Source of the DNA: Comamonadaceae bacterium
GTDB taxonomy: Bacteria > Pseudomonadota > Gammaproteobacteria > Burkholderiales > Burkholderiaceae_C
Assembly (NCBI GenBank): GCA_947450005.1
Contig: CANFTU010000001.1
Span: forward strand, 1-54,529
Direction: 5' to 3'
Length of the DNA: 54,529 nt
Shown here: positions 10,562 through 19,793 of the stretch, one piece after another
How positions within the stretch are numbered: the stretch's first letter is position 1
Layout of the letters: every line of letters begins with the position of its first letter
The notes under the pieces: model-generated
Database searches by the model: none
What the model was told of the DNA's origin: nothing
Seen by the model: only the letters and a program-made list of their open reading frames with translations
Translations under genes and position numbers: made by a program

Positions 10562-10770
10562 CATACTTGCGGGCTTCGCCAGCGGCGGCCCACACGGGCT
10601 GCCAGCGAACTGTTGCATCTCCCCTCATACACCGGGCCCCGCAAAGTGGGCCTTCCCCGCGCCGGTCATTCTTGACTGAAACCCGGCAGGTTCCGTTTGA
10701 TGGTTGATGTCCTTTAACCATTGACGGAACGCCCAGGCAGCGCCTGGCGTTCGCGTGTGAGTATGAAAAT
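10562..10770 (+). promoter_or_regulatory. Promoter (TG-n-CATACT) and highly structured ~200 nt 5' UTR of the DEAD-box helicase gene
   Basis: Five stem-loops visible by eye, e.g. GTTCCGT(10690-96)/ACGGAAC(10724-30) and GGCGGCCC(10584-91)/GGGCTGCC(10596-603). Confidence 0.55.
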
Positions 10771-12687
10771 ATGACTGAATCTTTTGGCTCAGGCAGTGAG
10801 CAATTCGCTGCCGAAGAATTTCCCGCAACTTCCGAACATGTCAAGGCTGCAGATGCATCGTCCATTGTTCAAACGGACGAACTGGCAGAGCAGGCACCGA
10901 CCGCGCCCAACGGTTTCGCTGTCATGGGATTGGCTCCCGAGCTGGTCGCTGCGACCACCGATTTGGGCTACACCGAACCCACCATGGTTCAGCAAAAAGT
11001 TATCCCTTTGGCATTGCCCAAATTGCCGGGCGCGAAAGCCAGCAATTTCATCGACCTGATGGTCTCCAGCCAGACCGGCAGCGGCAAAACTGCCGCTTTC
11101 TTGTTGCCGGTCTTGCACACCTTGCTGACCCAGCGCGCCGAGGCGGAAGCCACCGAAAAGGCCCAGTACGAGCAGGCCGTGGCGGATGCGCTGGCTAACG
11201 GCGAAGCACCTCCGAAGCGCGCCAAGCGCAAAGACCCGACCAACCCGCGTAACTTCAAAGCCGCCACGCCCGGCGCCCTGGTGCTGTGCCCCACGCGCGA
11301 GCTGGCCCAGCAGGTGGCGCACGACGCCATCGATCTGGTTCAGCATTGCCGCGGTCTGCGTATTGCCAATGTGGTGGGCGGTATGCCGTACCAATTGCAA
11401 ATTGCCAAGCTGCAAAACGCCGACCTGGTGGTGGCCACGCCCGGCCGCTTGCTGGACCTGCAGCGTTCGATGCAACTCAAACTCGATGAAGTGCAGTTTT
11501 TGGTGGTTGACGAAGCCGATCGCATGCTCGACCTCGGTTTTTCGGACGACCTGGCCGAGGTTAACCAGCTCACGATCAACCGCAAGCAAACCATGATGTT
11601 CAGCGCCACCTTTGCGCCGCGCATCCAGCAACTGGCGGCCCGCGTGATGCGCGAACCCCAGCGCATCACCATCGACAGCCCGCAGGAAAAGCACGCCAAC
11701 ATCAAGCAGGTCCTGTTCTGGGCCGATCACGCTGCCCACAAGCGCAAATTGCTGGACCACTGGTTGCGTGACGCCAGCATCAATCAGGCCATTGTGTTTG
11801 CCAGTACCCAGATTGAGTGCGACGGCTTGGCCAATGATTTGCAGCAAGATGGTTTCTCGGCTGTAGCCTTGCATGGCGCGCTCAGCCAAGCTGTGCGCAA
11901 CCGCCGCTTGATGGCCTTGCGCCAGGGCCAGGTGCAAATTCTGGTGGCCACCGATGTGGCAGCGCGCGGCATCGACGTGCCCACCATCACCCACGTATTC
12001 AATTTCGGCCTGCCCATGAAGGCCGAGGACTACACCCACCGCATCGGCCGCACCGGCCGAGCAGGGCGCGATGGTCTGGCCATCACCTTCGCTGAGTTCC
12101 GCGATCGCCGCAAGATTTTTGATATCGAGGCTTACAGCCGTCAGCCGATTAAGGCGGAGACCATTCCCGGTTTGGAGCCGCAGCAGCGCATGCCCGAGTC
12201 ACGCCCCAGCTTCGCTGGCCGCGGCGGCCGCGACAGCGCCGGCCCGGCCCGTGGTTTTGGCGGTCCGCGCAAACCCGCCGGTGGCCCGCGCGATTTCAAT
12301 GGCCGCAGCGAAGGCCCGTCCTACGCCCGCAAAGGCGGCTTCAACGACCGTTTTGCCGGTGATGCGCGGGATAACCGTGACAACCGCGATCCCCGGTTCG
12401 CGCAGGACGATGCACCCCGCGCGCCGCGCGCGGACTTCCGCCCGGCGATGGGTGGTCGCCCCGATGTGCGTGCGGATTCACGCCCCGACTTTCGGCCTGA
12501 CACCCGTCCGGCTGGAACACGCGCTGATGCGCGCCCGGCATTTGCAGAACGCAAACCCGGTGCCCCGCGCCCAACCCTGGGCAAGCCGACCTTCGGCAAG
12601 CCCGGCGGTTTCCCCAAGCCCGTCGGTGCCGGTGGCAAAGTGTTTGTACCGCGGGATGCGAAAAAGCGTTTTGCGCCTGACGCCTGA
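10771..12687 (+). CDS. DEAD-box ATP-dependent RNA helicase with low-complexity R/G/P/D-rich C-terminal tail
   Basis: Q-motif, SQTGSGKT, PTRELA, TPGR, DEAD, SAT, ARGID, HRIGRTGR. Confidence 0.97.
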   Translation: MTESFGSGSEQFAAEEFPATSEHVKAADASSIVQTDELAEQAPTAPNGFAVMGLAPELVAATTDLGYTEPTMVQQKVIPLALPKLPGAKASNFIDLMVSSQTGSGKTAAFLLPVLHTLLTQRAEAEATEKAQYEQAVADALANGEAPPKRAKRKDPTNPRNFKAATPGALVLCPTRELAQQVAHDAIDLVQHCRGLRIANVVGGMPYQLQIAKLQNADLVVATPGRLLDLQRSMQLKLDEVQFLVVDEADRMLDLGFSDDLAEVNQLTINRKQTMMFSATFAPRIQQLAARVMREPQRITIDSPQEKHANIKQVLFWADHAAHKRKLLDHWLRDASINQAIVFASTQIECDGLANDLQQDGFSAVALHGALSQAVRNRRLMALRQGQVQILVATDVAARGIDVPTITHVFNFGLPMKAEDYTHRIGRTGRAGRDGLAITFAEFRDRRKIFDIEAYSRQPIKAETIPGLEPQQRMPESRPSFAGRGGRDSAGPARGFGGPRKPAGGPRDFNGRSEGPSYARKGGFNDRFAGDARDNRDNRDPRFAQDDAPRAPRADFRPAMGGRPDVRADSRPDFRPDTRPAGTRADARPAFAERKPGAPRPTLGKPTFGKPGGFPKPVGAGGKVFVPRDAKKRFAPDA

Positions 12688-12717
12688 GAGGTGAAACGGG
12701 CGCTGTGCGCCCGGCGT

Positions 12718-13587
12718 TCACGCCATGCCGTTGCGGCGGGCGAGTTCGGCAAAAAAAGCGGCCTGATCCATCCCGGACAGGCCGTTTTCGTTGGCGCTGG
12801 CGTACAGCGCTTCCAACAGCCCGGTAATCGGCGCCTCAAATCCCAGTTCCTGTGCGGTCGCCATGGCGTTGCGCATGTCTTTGAGTTGTACCGAGATGCG
12901 CCCGCGCGGTGCAAAGTCGCGCTCGATCATGCGTTGCCCGTGGACTTGCAAGATGCGGCTGTCGGCAAAGCCGCCGGTGACGGCTTCCTTCACTTTAGCG
13001 ATGTCCGCACCGCCCTTGGCGCACAGCAGCAGCGCCTCGGCGACCACGCCAATCGTCACGCCCACAATCATCTGGTTGGCCAGTTTGGCCAGCTGACCGG
13101 AGCCGGTAGGACCCACCAGCGTCGGGCGGCCGAAATGCGTCAGCACAGCGCGGGCGCGTTCGAAGGTTTCTTCGCTGCCGCCGGCCATGATGGCCAGATT
13201 GCCGGCCTCCGCCCCCAGGGTTCCGCCGGAGACCGGTGCATCCAAATAGCCCACGCCCTGCGCCGCCAGGCGCTGCCCGTGGCTGCGTGCCTGCGCCGGC
13301 TGAATCGACGACATGTCAATCAGCAGGCTGCCGTGTTGCAGCGCCGGCGCCAGCCCTTGTTCAAACAGCACGGATTCCACAATCTGGCCGTCTTCGAGCA
13401 TAGTGACCACGATGTCGGCATGGCGTACCGCCTGAGCTGGCGTGTCGTGCACCTGCGCGCCCAAGGCCTCCAGGGGCTGCGCTTTGGAGCGGGTGCGGTT
13501 CCAGATATGGGGCTGCAGCCCCGCCTCACACAGGCGCTTGGCCATGGGCAGGCCCATGAGGCCAATGCCGATCAATGCAACTTGCAT
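12718..13587 (-). CDS. NAD(P)-dependent beta-hydroxyacid dehydrogenase (tartronate semialdehyde reductase/3-hydroxyisobutyrate dehydrogenase family)
   Basis: IGIGLMG Rossmann motif, DAPVSGG, GSGQLAKLANQ; GGAG SD. Confidence 0.9.
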   Translation of the reverse strand: MQVALIGIGLMGLPMAKRLCEAGLQPHIWNRTRSKAQPLEALGAQVHDTPAQAVRHADIVVTMLEDGQIVESVLFEQGLAPALQHGSLLIDMSSIQPAQARSHGQRLAAQGVGYLDAPVSGGTLGAEAGNLAIMAGGSEETFERARAVLTHFGRPTLVGPTGSGQLAKLANQMIVGVTIGVVAEALLLCAKGGADIAKVKEAVTGGFADSRILQVHGQRMIERDFAPRGRISVQLKDMRNAMATAQELGFEAPITGLLEALYASANENGLSGMDQAAFFAELARRNGMA

Positions 13588-13599
13588 GGGCAACTCCGC

Positions 13600-14577
13600 T
13601 TACATCAGCAAATGTTCGCCAGCGTTATCGCCGCCGAGAATGACGTAGTTCACCCGCCGCACATCCATCAAGCGGGTGCCGCCCGCATAGCTGATCGAGC
13701 TTTGCAAATCCTGCTCCATCTCCACCAGCGTCTCAGCCAGTTTGCCCTTAACGGGTTCCAGAATGCGCTTGCCTTCGACGTGCTTGTATTCGCCCTTGTT
13801 GAAGTCGGATGCCGAGCCGTAATACTCTTTGTACAGCTTGCCATCGACCTCCACGGTTGCGCCCGGGCTTTCCTCGTGACCAGCGAGCATGGAGCCGATC
13901 ATCACCATGCTCGCACCAAAGCGCACGCTCTTGGCAATGTCGCCGTGCTCACGGATACCGCCGTCGGCGATGATGGGTTTGGTCGCCACGCGGGCGCACC
14001 ACTTCAAGGCGCTGAGCTGCCACCCTCCAGTGCCAAAACCGGTTTTGAGCTTGGTGATGCAGACCTTGCCCGGGCCGATGCCGACCTTGGTGGCGTCCGC
14101 GCCCCAGTTTTCCAAATCGATGACCGCCTCCGGCGTGCCCACATTGCCCGCAATGATGAAGGTATCAGGCAGGTTTTCTTTGATGTGGCTGATCATCGCG
14201 TGCACGCTGTCGGCATGGCCGTGGGCGATGTCGATGGTGATGAAGTCCGGACGCAGGCCTTCGCTGCGCATGCGGCTGATGGATTCGTGATCAGCCTTTT
14301 TGACGCCTACCGATATCGATGCATACAAGCCCTGCGCGGCCATGTCGCGCACAAACTGGAGGCTGTCCAGGTCAAAGCGGTGCATGACGTAGAAGTAACC
14401 GTTGCGCGCAAGCCAGGCGCAAATTTGCGGGTCGACCACGGTTTTCATGTTTGCCGGCACGACCGGCAGGCGGAAGGTGTGTTTACCCAGTGTGACGCTG
14501 GTGTTGCACTCCGAGCGGCTTTCAACCCGGCATTTGCGGGGCAGCAGCAAGATATTGTCGTAGTCAAAAATTTCCAT
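13600..14577 (-). CDS. guaC: GMP reductase (type 2)
   Basis: [55 protein letters not shown]. Confidence 0.95.
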   Translation of the reverse strand: MEIFDYDNILLLPRKCRVESRSECNTSVTLGKHTFRLPVVPANMKTVVDPQICAWLARNGYFYVMHRFDLDSLQFVRDMAAQGLYASISVGVKKADHESISRMRSEGLRPDFITIDIAHGHADSVHAMISHIKENLPDTFIIAGNVGTPEAVIDLENWGADATKVGIGPGKVCITKLKTGFGTGGWQLSALKWCARVATKPIIADGGIREHGDIAKSVRFGASMVMIGSMLAGHEESPGATVEVDGKLYKEYYGSASDFNKGEYKHVEGKRILEPVKGKLAETLVEMEQDLQSSISYAGGTRLMDVRRVNYVILGGDNAGEHLLM

Positions 14578-14578
14578 G

Positions 14579-14692
14579 ATCCAAGCTCCAGGTGAAGTCT
14601 GCAAGACCAGCCGCTGAACGGCCGGGGCGCTTGGATTGGGACCGGCAAAAAAATACCGGGTGCCAAATGCTTGGGCCCGGTGACTGATTCTA
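14579..14692 (-). promoter_or_regulatory. guaC promoter (TAGAAT) and leader with a terminator-like hairpin and an SD-adjacent stem
   Basis: ACCGGG..CCCGGT stem followed by A and U7; ATCCAAGC/GCTTGGAT stem abuts GGAG and the ATG. Confidence 0.55.
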
Positions 14693-14713
14693 TCGACTTC
14701 CTACAATCCCCCG

Positions 14714-17059
14714 ATGCTGCCCCCATCCCCCCTGGTTGAATCCCTGAATCCTGAGCAGCGCGCCGCTGTCGAACTCCCCGCAGAGCACGCGCTGATTCTG
14801 GCTGGAGCGGGCTCCGGCAAGACCCGGGTGCTGACGACCCGCATTGCCTGGCTTCTGCAAAACGGCCACGTCACGCCCGGCGGCGTATTGGCGGTGACTT
14901 TCACCAACAAGGCTGCCAAAGAAATGATGACGCGCCTGTCGGCCATGCTGCCGGTCAATGTGCGCGCGATGTGGATCGGCACCTTCCATGGCCTGTGCAA
15001 CCGATTTTTGCGCACCCACTACAAGACGGCCAACCTGCCGCAGGCTTTTCAGATTCTGGACACGCAAGACCAACTGAGCGCGGTCAAGCGCCTGTGTAAA
15101 CAAATGGGCGTCGACGAAGACCGGTTGCCACCCAAGCAGCTCATGTGGTTCATCGCCGGTTGCAAAGAAGACGGCCTGCGCCCGCAGCACGTGGAATTGC
15201 GCGACCCCGAGACCCGCCGCAAGGTCGATCTGTACCAGTTGTACGAAGAGCAATGCCAGCGCGAAGGTGTGGTCGATTTTGGCGAGCTGATGCTGCGCTG
15301 CTACGAGTTACTGCGCGACCATGCGGATATCCGCGCCCATTACCAGCGGCGTTTTCGCCACATCCTGATCGACGAATTCCAAGACACGAACAAGCTGCAA
15401 TATGCCTGGGTCAAGATGCTGGCCGGTGTGGACGCCAGTGGCGTGGCGGGGCCGCCGGGGCAGGGTGGGGCGGTGCTGGCGGTGGGTGATGACGACCAGA
15501 GCATTTACGCTTTTCGCGGCGCGCGGGTGGGCAATATGGCCGACTTCGTGCGCGAGTTTGATGTGCGCCACCAGATCAAGCTGGAGCAGAACTACCGCAG
15601 CCACAGCAACATCCTCGACGCAGCCAACGCGCTTATCAGTAATAACAGCACACGTCTGGGCAAAAACCTGCGCACCGACCAGGGCCCGGGCGAGCCGGTG
15701 CGGGTTTATGAGGCGACCAGTGACTTTGCCGAAGCGCAGTGGATGGTCGATGAGATGCGCCAGCTCGTGCGCGACGGCCTGCCGCGCAGCGAGGTGGCGG
15801 TGCTGTACCGCTCCAACGCGCAAAGCCGGGTGATCGAGACCGCGCTGTTCAACGCCGCCGTCCCTTACCGCGTGTATGGAGGTTTGCGCTTTTTTGAGCG
15901 TGCCGAAATCAAACATGCATTGGCCTATTTGCGTTTGCTGGAGAACCCCAACGACGACACCAGCTTCATGCGGGTGGTGAACTTTCCGGCGCGCGGCATC
16001 GGTGCGCGCAGCATCGAACAACTGCAAGACCTGGCCAAGTCCAGTGGCTGCTCGCTGCACGACGCGGTCAGCGCCTTGCCGGGGCGGGCCGGGGCCAATA
16101 TTGCGGCCTTTGTGGCCAAGATCGATGTGCTGCGCGAGCAGACCGCCGACATGAATTTGCGCGACATCATGGCGACCATGCTGGACCACAGCGGTTTGCT
16201 GACCCATTACCGCGCGGAGCGTGAAGGCGAGGACCGGCTGGAAAATTTGGAAGAGCTGCTCAGCGCTGCGGAGAGTTTTGTGCTGCAAGAAGGCTTTGGG
16301 CGTGAGGCCGCTGGGCTGGCCCCAGCGATGCTCAGCCAAAGCCCGGCCAGCCAGGGCCTGGACCCGAACGCTGCCCTTGAACCCACTTCACCCGAATTCG
16401 ACGAAACCGGCGAGACCCTCTCGCCCCTGGTCGCGTTCCTGACGCACGCCGCGCTGGAAGCCGGCGACAACATGGCGCAGGCCGGGCAGGATGCGGTGCA
16501 ACTCATGACGGTGCACGCGGCGAAGGGTTTGGAGTTCGATGCGGTTTTCATCACCGGGCTGGAAGAAGGTTTGTTCCCCAACGAAAACGCCCTAAGCGAC
16601 CGCGATGGTTTGGAGGAAGAGCGGCGCCTCATGTATGTGGCCATCACCCGCGCCCGCCAGCGCCTGTACCTGACTTTCAGCCAGACCCGCATGCTGCACG
16701 GCCAGACCCGCTACAACCTGCGGAGCCGCTTTTTCGATGAGTTGCCGGAGGAGAACCTCAAGTTCCTCACTCCGGCGCGTGCGCCTGCGCGCAGCGGCTA
16801 TGGCAACAGCTGGGGTGCCGGTACGCGCGACACCAGCTTTGCGCCGGCATGGAGCACCGCCGCAGCGCCACCCGTGGCCCAAAAAGAACCCGCTGCGCAC
16901 GGACTGCGCTTGGCGCAAAAGGTGTTTCATAACAAATTTGGTGAGGGCACGATCCTCACCTTGGAGGGCAGTGGCGACGACGCCCGCGCCCAGATCAACT
17001 TTCCCCGCCACGGAACCAAGTGGCTGGCCTTGAGCGTGGCCAAACTCACACCGGTGTAG
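14714..17059 (+). CDS. uvrD: DNA helicase II UvrD
   Basis: AGAGSGKT, TFTNKAA, DEFQD, VGDDDQSIY, LEQNYRS, MTVHAAKGLEF, EERRLMYVAITRA; C-terminal Tudor-like domain. Confidence 0.96.
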   Translation: MLPPSPLVESLNPEQRAAVELPAEHALILAGAGSGKTRVLTTRIAWLLQNGHVTPGGVLAVTFTNKAAKEMMTRLSAMLPVNVRAMWIGTFHGLCNRFLRTHYKTANLPQAFQILDTQDQLSAVKRLCKQMGVDEDRLPPKQLMWFIAGCKEDGLRPQHVELRDPETRRKVDLYQLYEEQCQREGVVDFGELMLRCYELLRDHADIRAHYQRRFRHILIDEFQDTNKLQYAWVKMLAGVDASGVAGPPGQGGAVLAVGDDDQSIYAFRGARVGNMADFVREFDVRHQIKLEQNYRSHSNILDAANALISNNSTRLGKNLRTDQGPGEPVRVYEATSDFAEAQWMVDEMRQLVRDGLPRSEVAVLYRSNAQSRVIETALFNAAVPYRVYGGLRFFERAEIKHALAYLRLLENPNDDTSFMRVVNFPARGIGARSIEQLQDLAKSSGCSLHDAVSALPGRAGANIAAFVAKIDVLREQTADMNLRDIMATMLDHSGLLTHYRAEREGEDRLENLEELLSAAESFVLQEGFGREAAGLAPAMLSQSPASQGLDPNAALEPTSPEFDETGETLSPLVAFLTHAALEAGDNMAQAGQDAVQLMTVHAAKGLEFDAVFITGLEEGLFPNENALSDRDGLEEERRLMYVAITRARQRLYLTFSQTRMLHGQTRYNLRSRFFDELPEENLKFLTPARAPARSGYGNSWGAGTRDTSFAPAWSTAAAPPVAQKEPAAHGLRLAQKVFHNKFGEGTILTLEGSGDDARAQINFPRHGTKWLALSVAKLTPV

Positions 17060-17079
17060 CGCTGCGGGTTTGACTGCGC

Positions 17080-17108
17080 AAAAAAAGCACCCCGCAGGGT
17101 GCTTTTTT
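17080..17108. terminator. Bidirectional intrinsic terminator between uvrD and the alkaline phosphatase gene
   Basis: AAAAAAAGCACCC-cgca-GGGTGCTTTTTT. Confidence 0.9.
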
Positions 17109-17127
17109 CTTTGGCGTCGCGGTTCGC

Positions 17128-19167
17128 CTATTTGTTGTCCAGCATCAGGCCGGGTGGCAAGACCACGCCCTGGATGGCGATTTGCCCCAGTTTGAAAAAC
17201 ACATCGGTGTTATCCATCACGCCGGTGAAGGAGTAGGCGCCTGGGCCAAAGGCAGACAGGGGGATGTCACTCGCCGTGTGCACCGCGCTGTTGCCCGGAA
17301 CCTGGCCGGTAATCAGGAACTTGCCATCGGCATCACGTTTGGACGGGTCTACCGGGTAGGCGGCTAGGGGCTGGCTTTTTACGAACGGCTGCTGGCTGTC
17401 CTGCAAGGGCAGGGCGTTGGTGCGGTAGTCCTCAAAGCGGTCCGAGTTAGCGCCGTAGGCCACCAGCAGGCGGTTGTCGATGTCGGTGGTTTCAGGGTAA
17501 CCATCTGCGGCGATGCGGTACTTGGGAAAGCCCGCCGCCTCATAGACGCCTACAGCTTTGTCGCGCAGGGCGGTACCGCCTTCGCGCACCAATTCTTGCA
17601 AGCGCGCGTCGCTCACCACCGAGCCGCCGATCAGCGCGACGCCAGCGCACTCGTGGTCGGCGGTCACGATGACAATGGTGTCGCCACGGCGCGCGGCAAA
17701 GTCGCGGGCCAGCGCAATCGCCCGGTCGAACTCGATGGTGTCAAGCATCCAGCGTTCGGTGTCCATGGCGTGCGCCTGCTTGTCGATGGAGGCGCCCTCA
17801 ACCATCAGTACAAATCCCTCTTTTTTACGCTCCAGCACAGCCAGTGCTTTGGCGGTCATCTCATCGAGCATGGGCTGGTCAGGGAACCCGTAATCGTCGA
17901 CCACGCGATTCCTGCCCTCGTTACCCACACCTTGCCCCTGTTTGCGCCGACCGTCCATTTTGTCGAGTGCGACATTCATGTTGGAGTGGGAAAACAGCCC
18001 GAGCACCTGCTCCGCGGTGTGGGCGTTCAGCGCATCCATGTCGGTTTTGCTGGCGGCATAGGCAAATCCGGCAGCCTGGAATTCGCTGATCAAATCGCGG
18101 TCCTTGTCCAATTTGCCGGCTGCTGCGCCCCAAGCTTTGACGATGTCAGCCGTGTGCGCGTCGCTGGCTGAAAACGCGTAGTCGGTGCGGTCGCCACGGG
18201 CGGATCCGGGCGTGCTCGCTGGCAAAAACCACTTGCGCCCGCCCCCCATCAGAACCGACAGCCCGTGCAGTTTGCGGTCGTCCAAAAACTGGTCGACGAT
18301 GCCTGTTCCAGCACCCCGGTTGCTGGTGTGGATGGCGTTGCCCGCTGGGGTTGCGTCAAACACGTCGGCGGTGGTCACGATGCCCAGCGCCTTGCCTTGG
18401 GTGCGGTGCAGGTATTCGCTCAGGTATTCGATGCGCGGGTTGTCAAACGGGTCCAGTGTGTCGTCGGGGAAAACGCCCTCTTCGTTGTTGTTGTTTTTGT
18501 TACCCGAGACATAGGCCGTCATGCCCGGGGAAGAGTCGGTGACCACGGAATTGAGCGAGGCGGTTTTCACCATGCCCGTGACGGGGAAAGTATCCATCGC
18601 CAAAGGCTGAATGACTTTGCCTTGGGCATAGCCGCCTGCCACGATGCGGGCCGCAGTGCGCTGGGCCGCGCCCATACCATCGCCCAGCAGAATGATGATG
18701 TTCTTGACTTTTTGCGCACCTGGGTTCAGCGCCACGACTTCAAAATTGCCGGTGGCAGTCACGCTTTGTCCGTCGCTTTGCGTTGCGGTAACACTGAAGG
18801 TGTGCAGCCCGGGCTGCTCCACGCTGATGGCGCGGCTGGATACAACGGCCGCGTTGGCGGGTACGCCTTTGATGCAAAGTGCTTCGCAGATCTTGATGGC
18901 GACGTTGGCTTGCAACGTGATTCCATCGATGGAAAAACTGGCTGCGGTGATGCGTTTGCCGGCATCGTCAGGCCGCACGGTAGCCTGCAAGTCAAAGCGC
19001 TGGCCCGGCAGAAAACGCGCGATGACAGGATTTTGCCGCTGGCTGCTGAACAGTTCGCTGGGCGGGGTCAGCCGCGTCACCGCGGGCGCTGCGAGCGAGG
19101 GGACTGCAGCGCCGCAAAGGGCAATAGCGGCCAGGAGGGCGATGGGGGAGGTCTTGCGAAACGTCAT
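17128..19167 (-). CDS. Secreted PhoA-family alkaline phosphatase with an extra ~125 aa N-terminal beta-rich domain
   Basis: Sec signal peptide; GDGMG, VTDSS (Ser nucleophile), DATPA..H...R, EGASIDKQAH, TADH and VHT metal ligands. Confidence 0.92.
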   Translation of the reverse strand: MTFRKTSPIALLAAIALCGAAVPSLAAPAVTRLTPPSELFSSQRQNPVIARFLPGQRFDLQATVRPDDAGKRITAASFSIDGITLQANVAIKICEALCIKGVPANAAVVSSRAISVEQPGLHTFSVTATQSDGQSVTATGNFEVVALNPGAQKVKNIIILLGDGMGAAQRTAARIVAGGYAQGKVIQPLAMDTFPVTGMVKTASLNSVVTDSSPGMTAYVSGNKNNNNEEGVFPDDTLDPFDNPRIEYLSEYLHRTQGKALGIVTTADVFDATPAGNAIHTSNRGAGTGIVDQFLDDRKLHGLSVLMGGGRKWFLPASTPGSARGDRTDYAFSASDAHTADIVKAWGAAAGKLDKDRDLISEFQAAGFAYAASKTDMDALNAHTAEQVLGLFSHSNMNVALDKMDGRRKQGQGVGNEGRNRVVDDYGFPDQPMLDEMTAKALAVLERKKEGFVLMVEGASIDKQAHAMDTERWMLDTIEFDRAIALARDFAARRGDTIVIVTADHECAGVALIGGSVVSDARLQELVREGGTALRDKAVGVYEAAGFPKYRIAADGYPETTDIDNRLLVAYGANSDRFEDYRTNALPLQDSQQPFVKSQPLAAYPVDPSKRDADGKFLITGQVPGNSAVHTASDIPLSAFGPGAYSFTGVMDNTDVFFKLGQIAIQGVVLPPGLMLDNK

Positions 19168-19222
19168 AGTGTCCTTCCGGGGTGGGTGAAAAATGGGTGC
19201 GGGCGCGTGCGCGTCGGTGCGC

Positions 19223-19786
19223 TCAATGCCGGTGTTGCAGGGAATGGAAATAGGCGGCCAGTTCCAGGGGATTCATGCCGCGCGTCGCTTGTGCGGGCAG
19301 ACGCAAACGGACCCAGGACACGCGCCCGTCAAGCTCTTCAAACCGTCCGACTTCCAGTTTTCCGGTGAGCGCAATCAGACCTCGGGTGTAGGGGACGACC
19401 CATCCCTGCTGTTCGGTATCCAGGTAAACGGTGGCAAGTGCCAGCGGCAAATCATCGGCATCGCCGTCAGCGTGCTCGCTCATTTGAACGGGGCGGGGTG
19501 ACAACATGAAGCGCCCGGGCTGCGCCTGCTCCTGTTGCACCATAAATCCCACCAGGCGCACAGTTTGCCCGTCGGCGCGGCGCAGCGTTTCGGTGATCTG
19601 CGGGCCACGGGGTCCGAGCGGCTGCTGATAAAAATCGCGAAACGCGAGGTCGACGGGGGTTTGGGCGCAGGCGATACAGCAAACAGCCCACGCCAACACG
19701 GTGCCGACAGACTGCCAAGGGCCTGCAAACAGCCAAGGTGCTTGGGCAGGACGTGCTGGGGCGCTTGTCGGGTTGAAACGGGACAT
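19223..19786 (-). CDS. Hypothetical exported protein, DUF3299-like OB-fold candidate
   Basis: N-terminal hydrophobic signal (..ACA|Q); DGQTVRLVGFMV..FMLSP..LTGKLEVG pattern; EHADGDADD motif. Confidence 0.65.
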   Translation of the reverse strand: MSRFNPTSAPARPAQAPWLFAGPWQSVGTVLAWAVCCIACAQTPVDLAFRDFYQQPLGPRGPQITETLRRADGQTVRLVGFMVQQEQAQPGRFMLSPRPVQMSEHADGDADDLPLALATVYLDTEQQGWVVPYTRGLIALTGKLEVGRFEELDGRVSWVRLRLPAQATRGMNPLELAAYFHSLQHRH

Positions 19787-19793
19787 GGCATGC

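Noticed and set aside
12360-12620. Short repeated units that might suggest a CRISPR or tandem array
   Set aside because: Degenerate in-frame peptide repeats in the helicase tail; no fixed repeat-spacer period
12691-12721. GGGCGC-tgt-GCGCCC hairpin between convergent genes
   Set aside because: No U-tract on either strand, so it was not called as an intrinsic terminator
12691-14595. 634-aa plus-strand ORF
   Set aside because: Antisense shadow of guaC and the dehydrogenase; long stop-free antisense frames are expected in high-GC coding DNA, and there are no motifs
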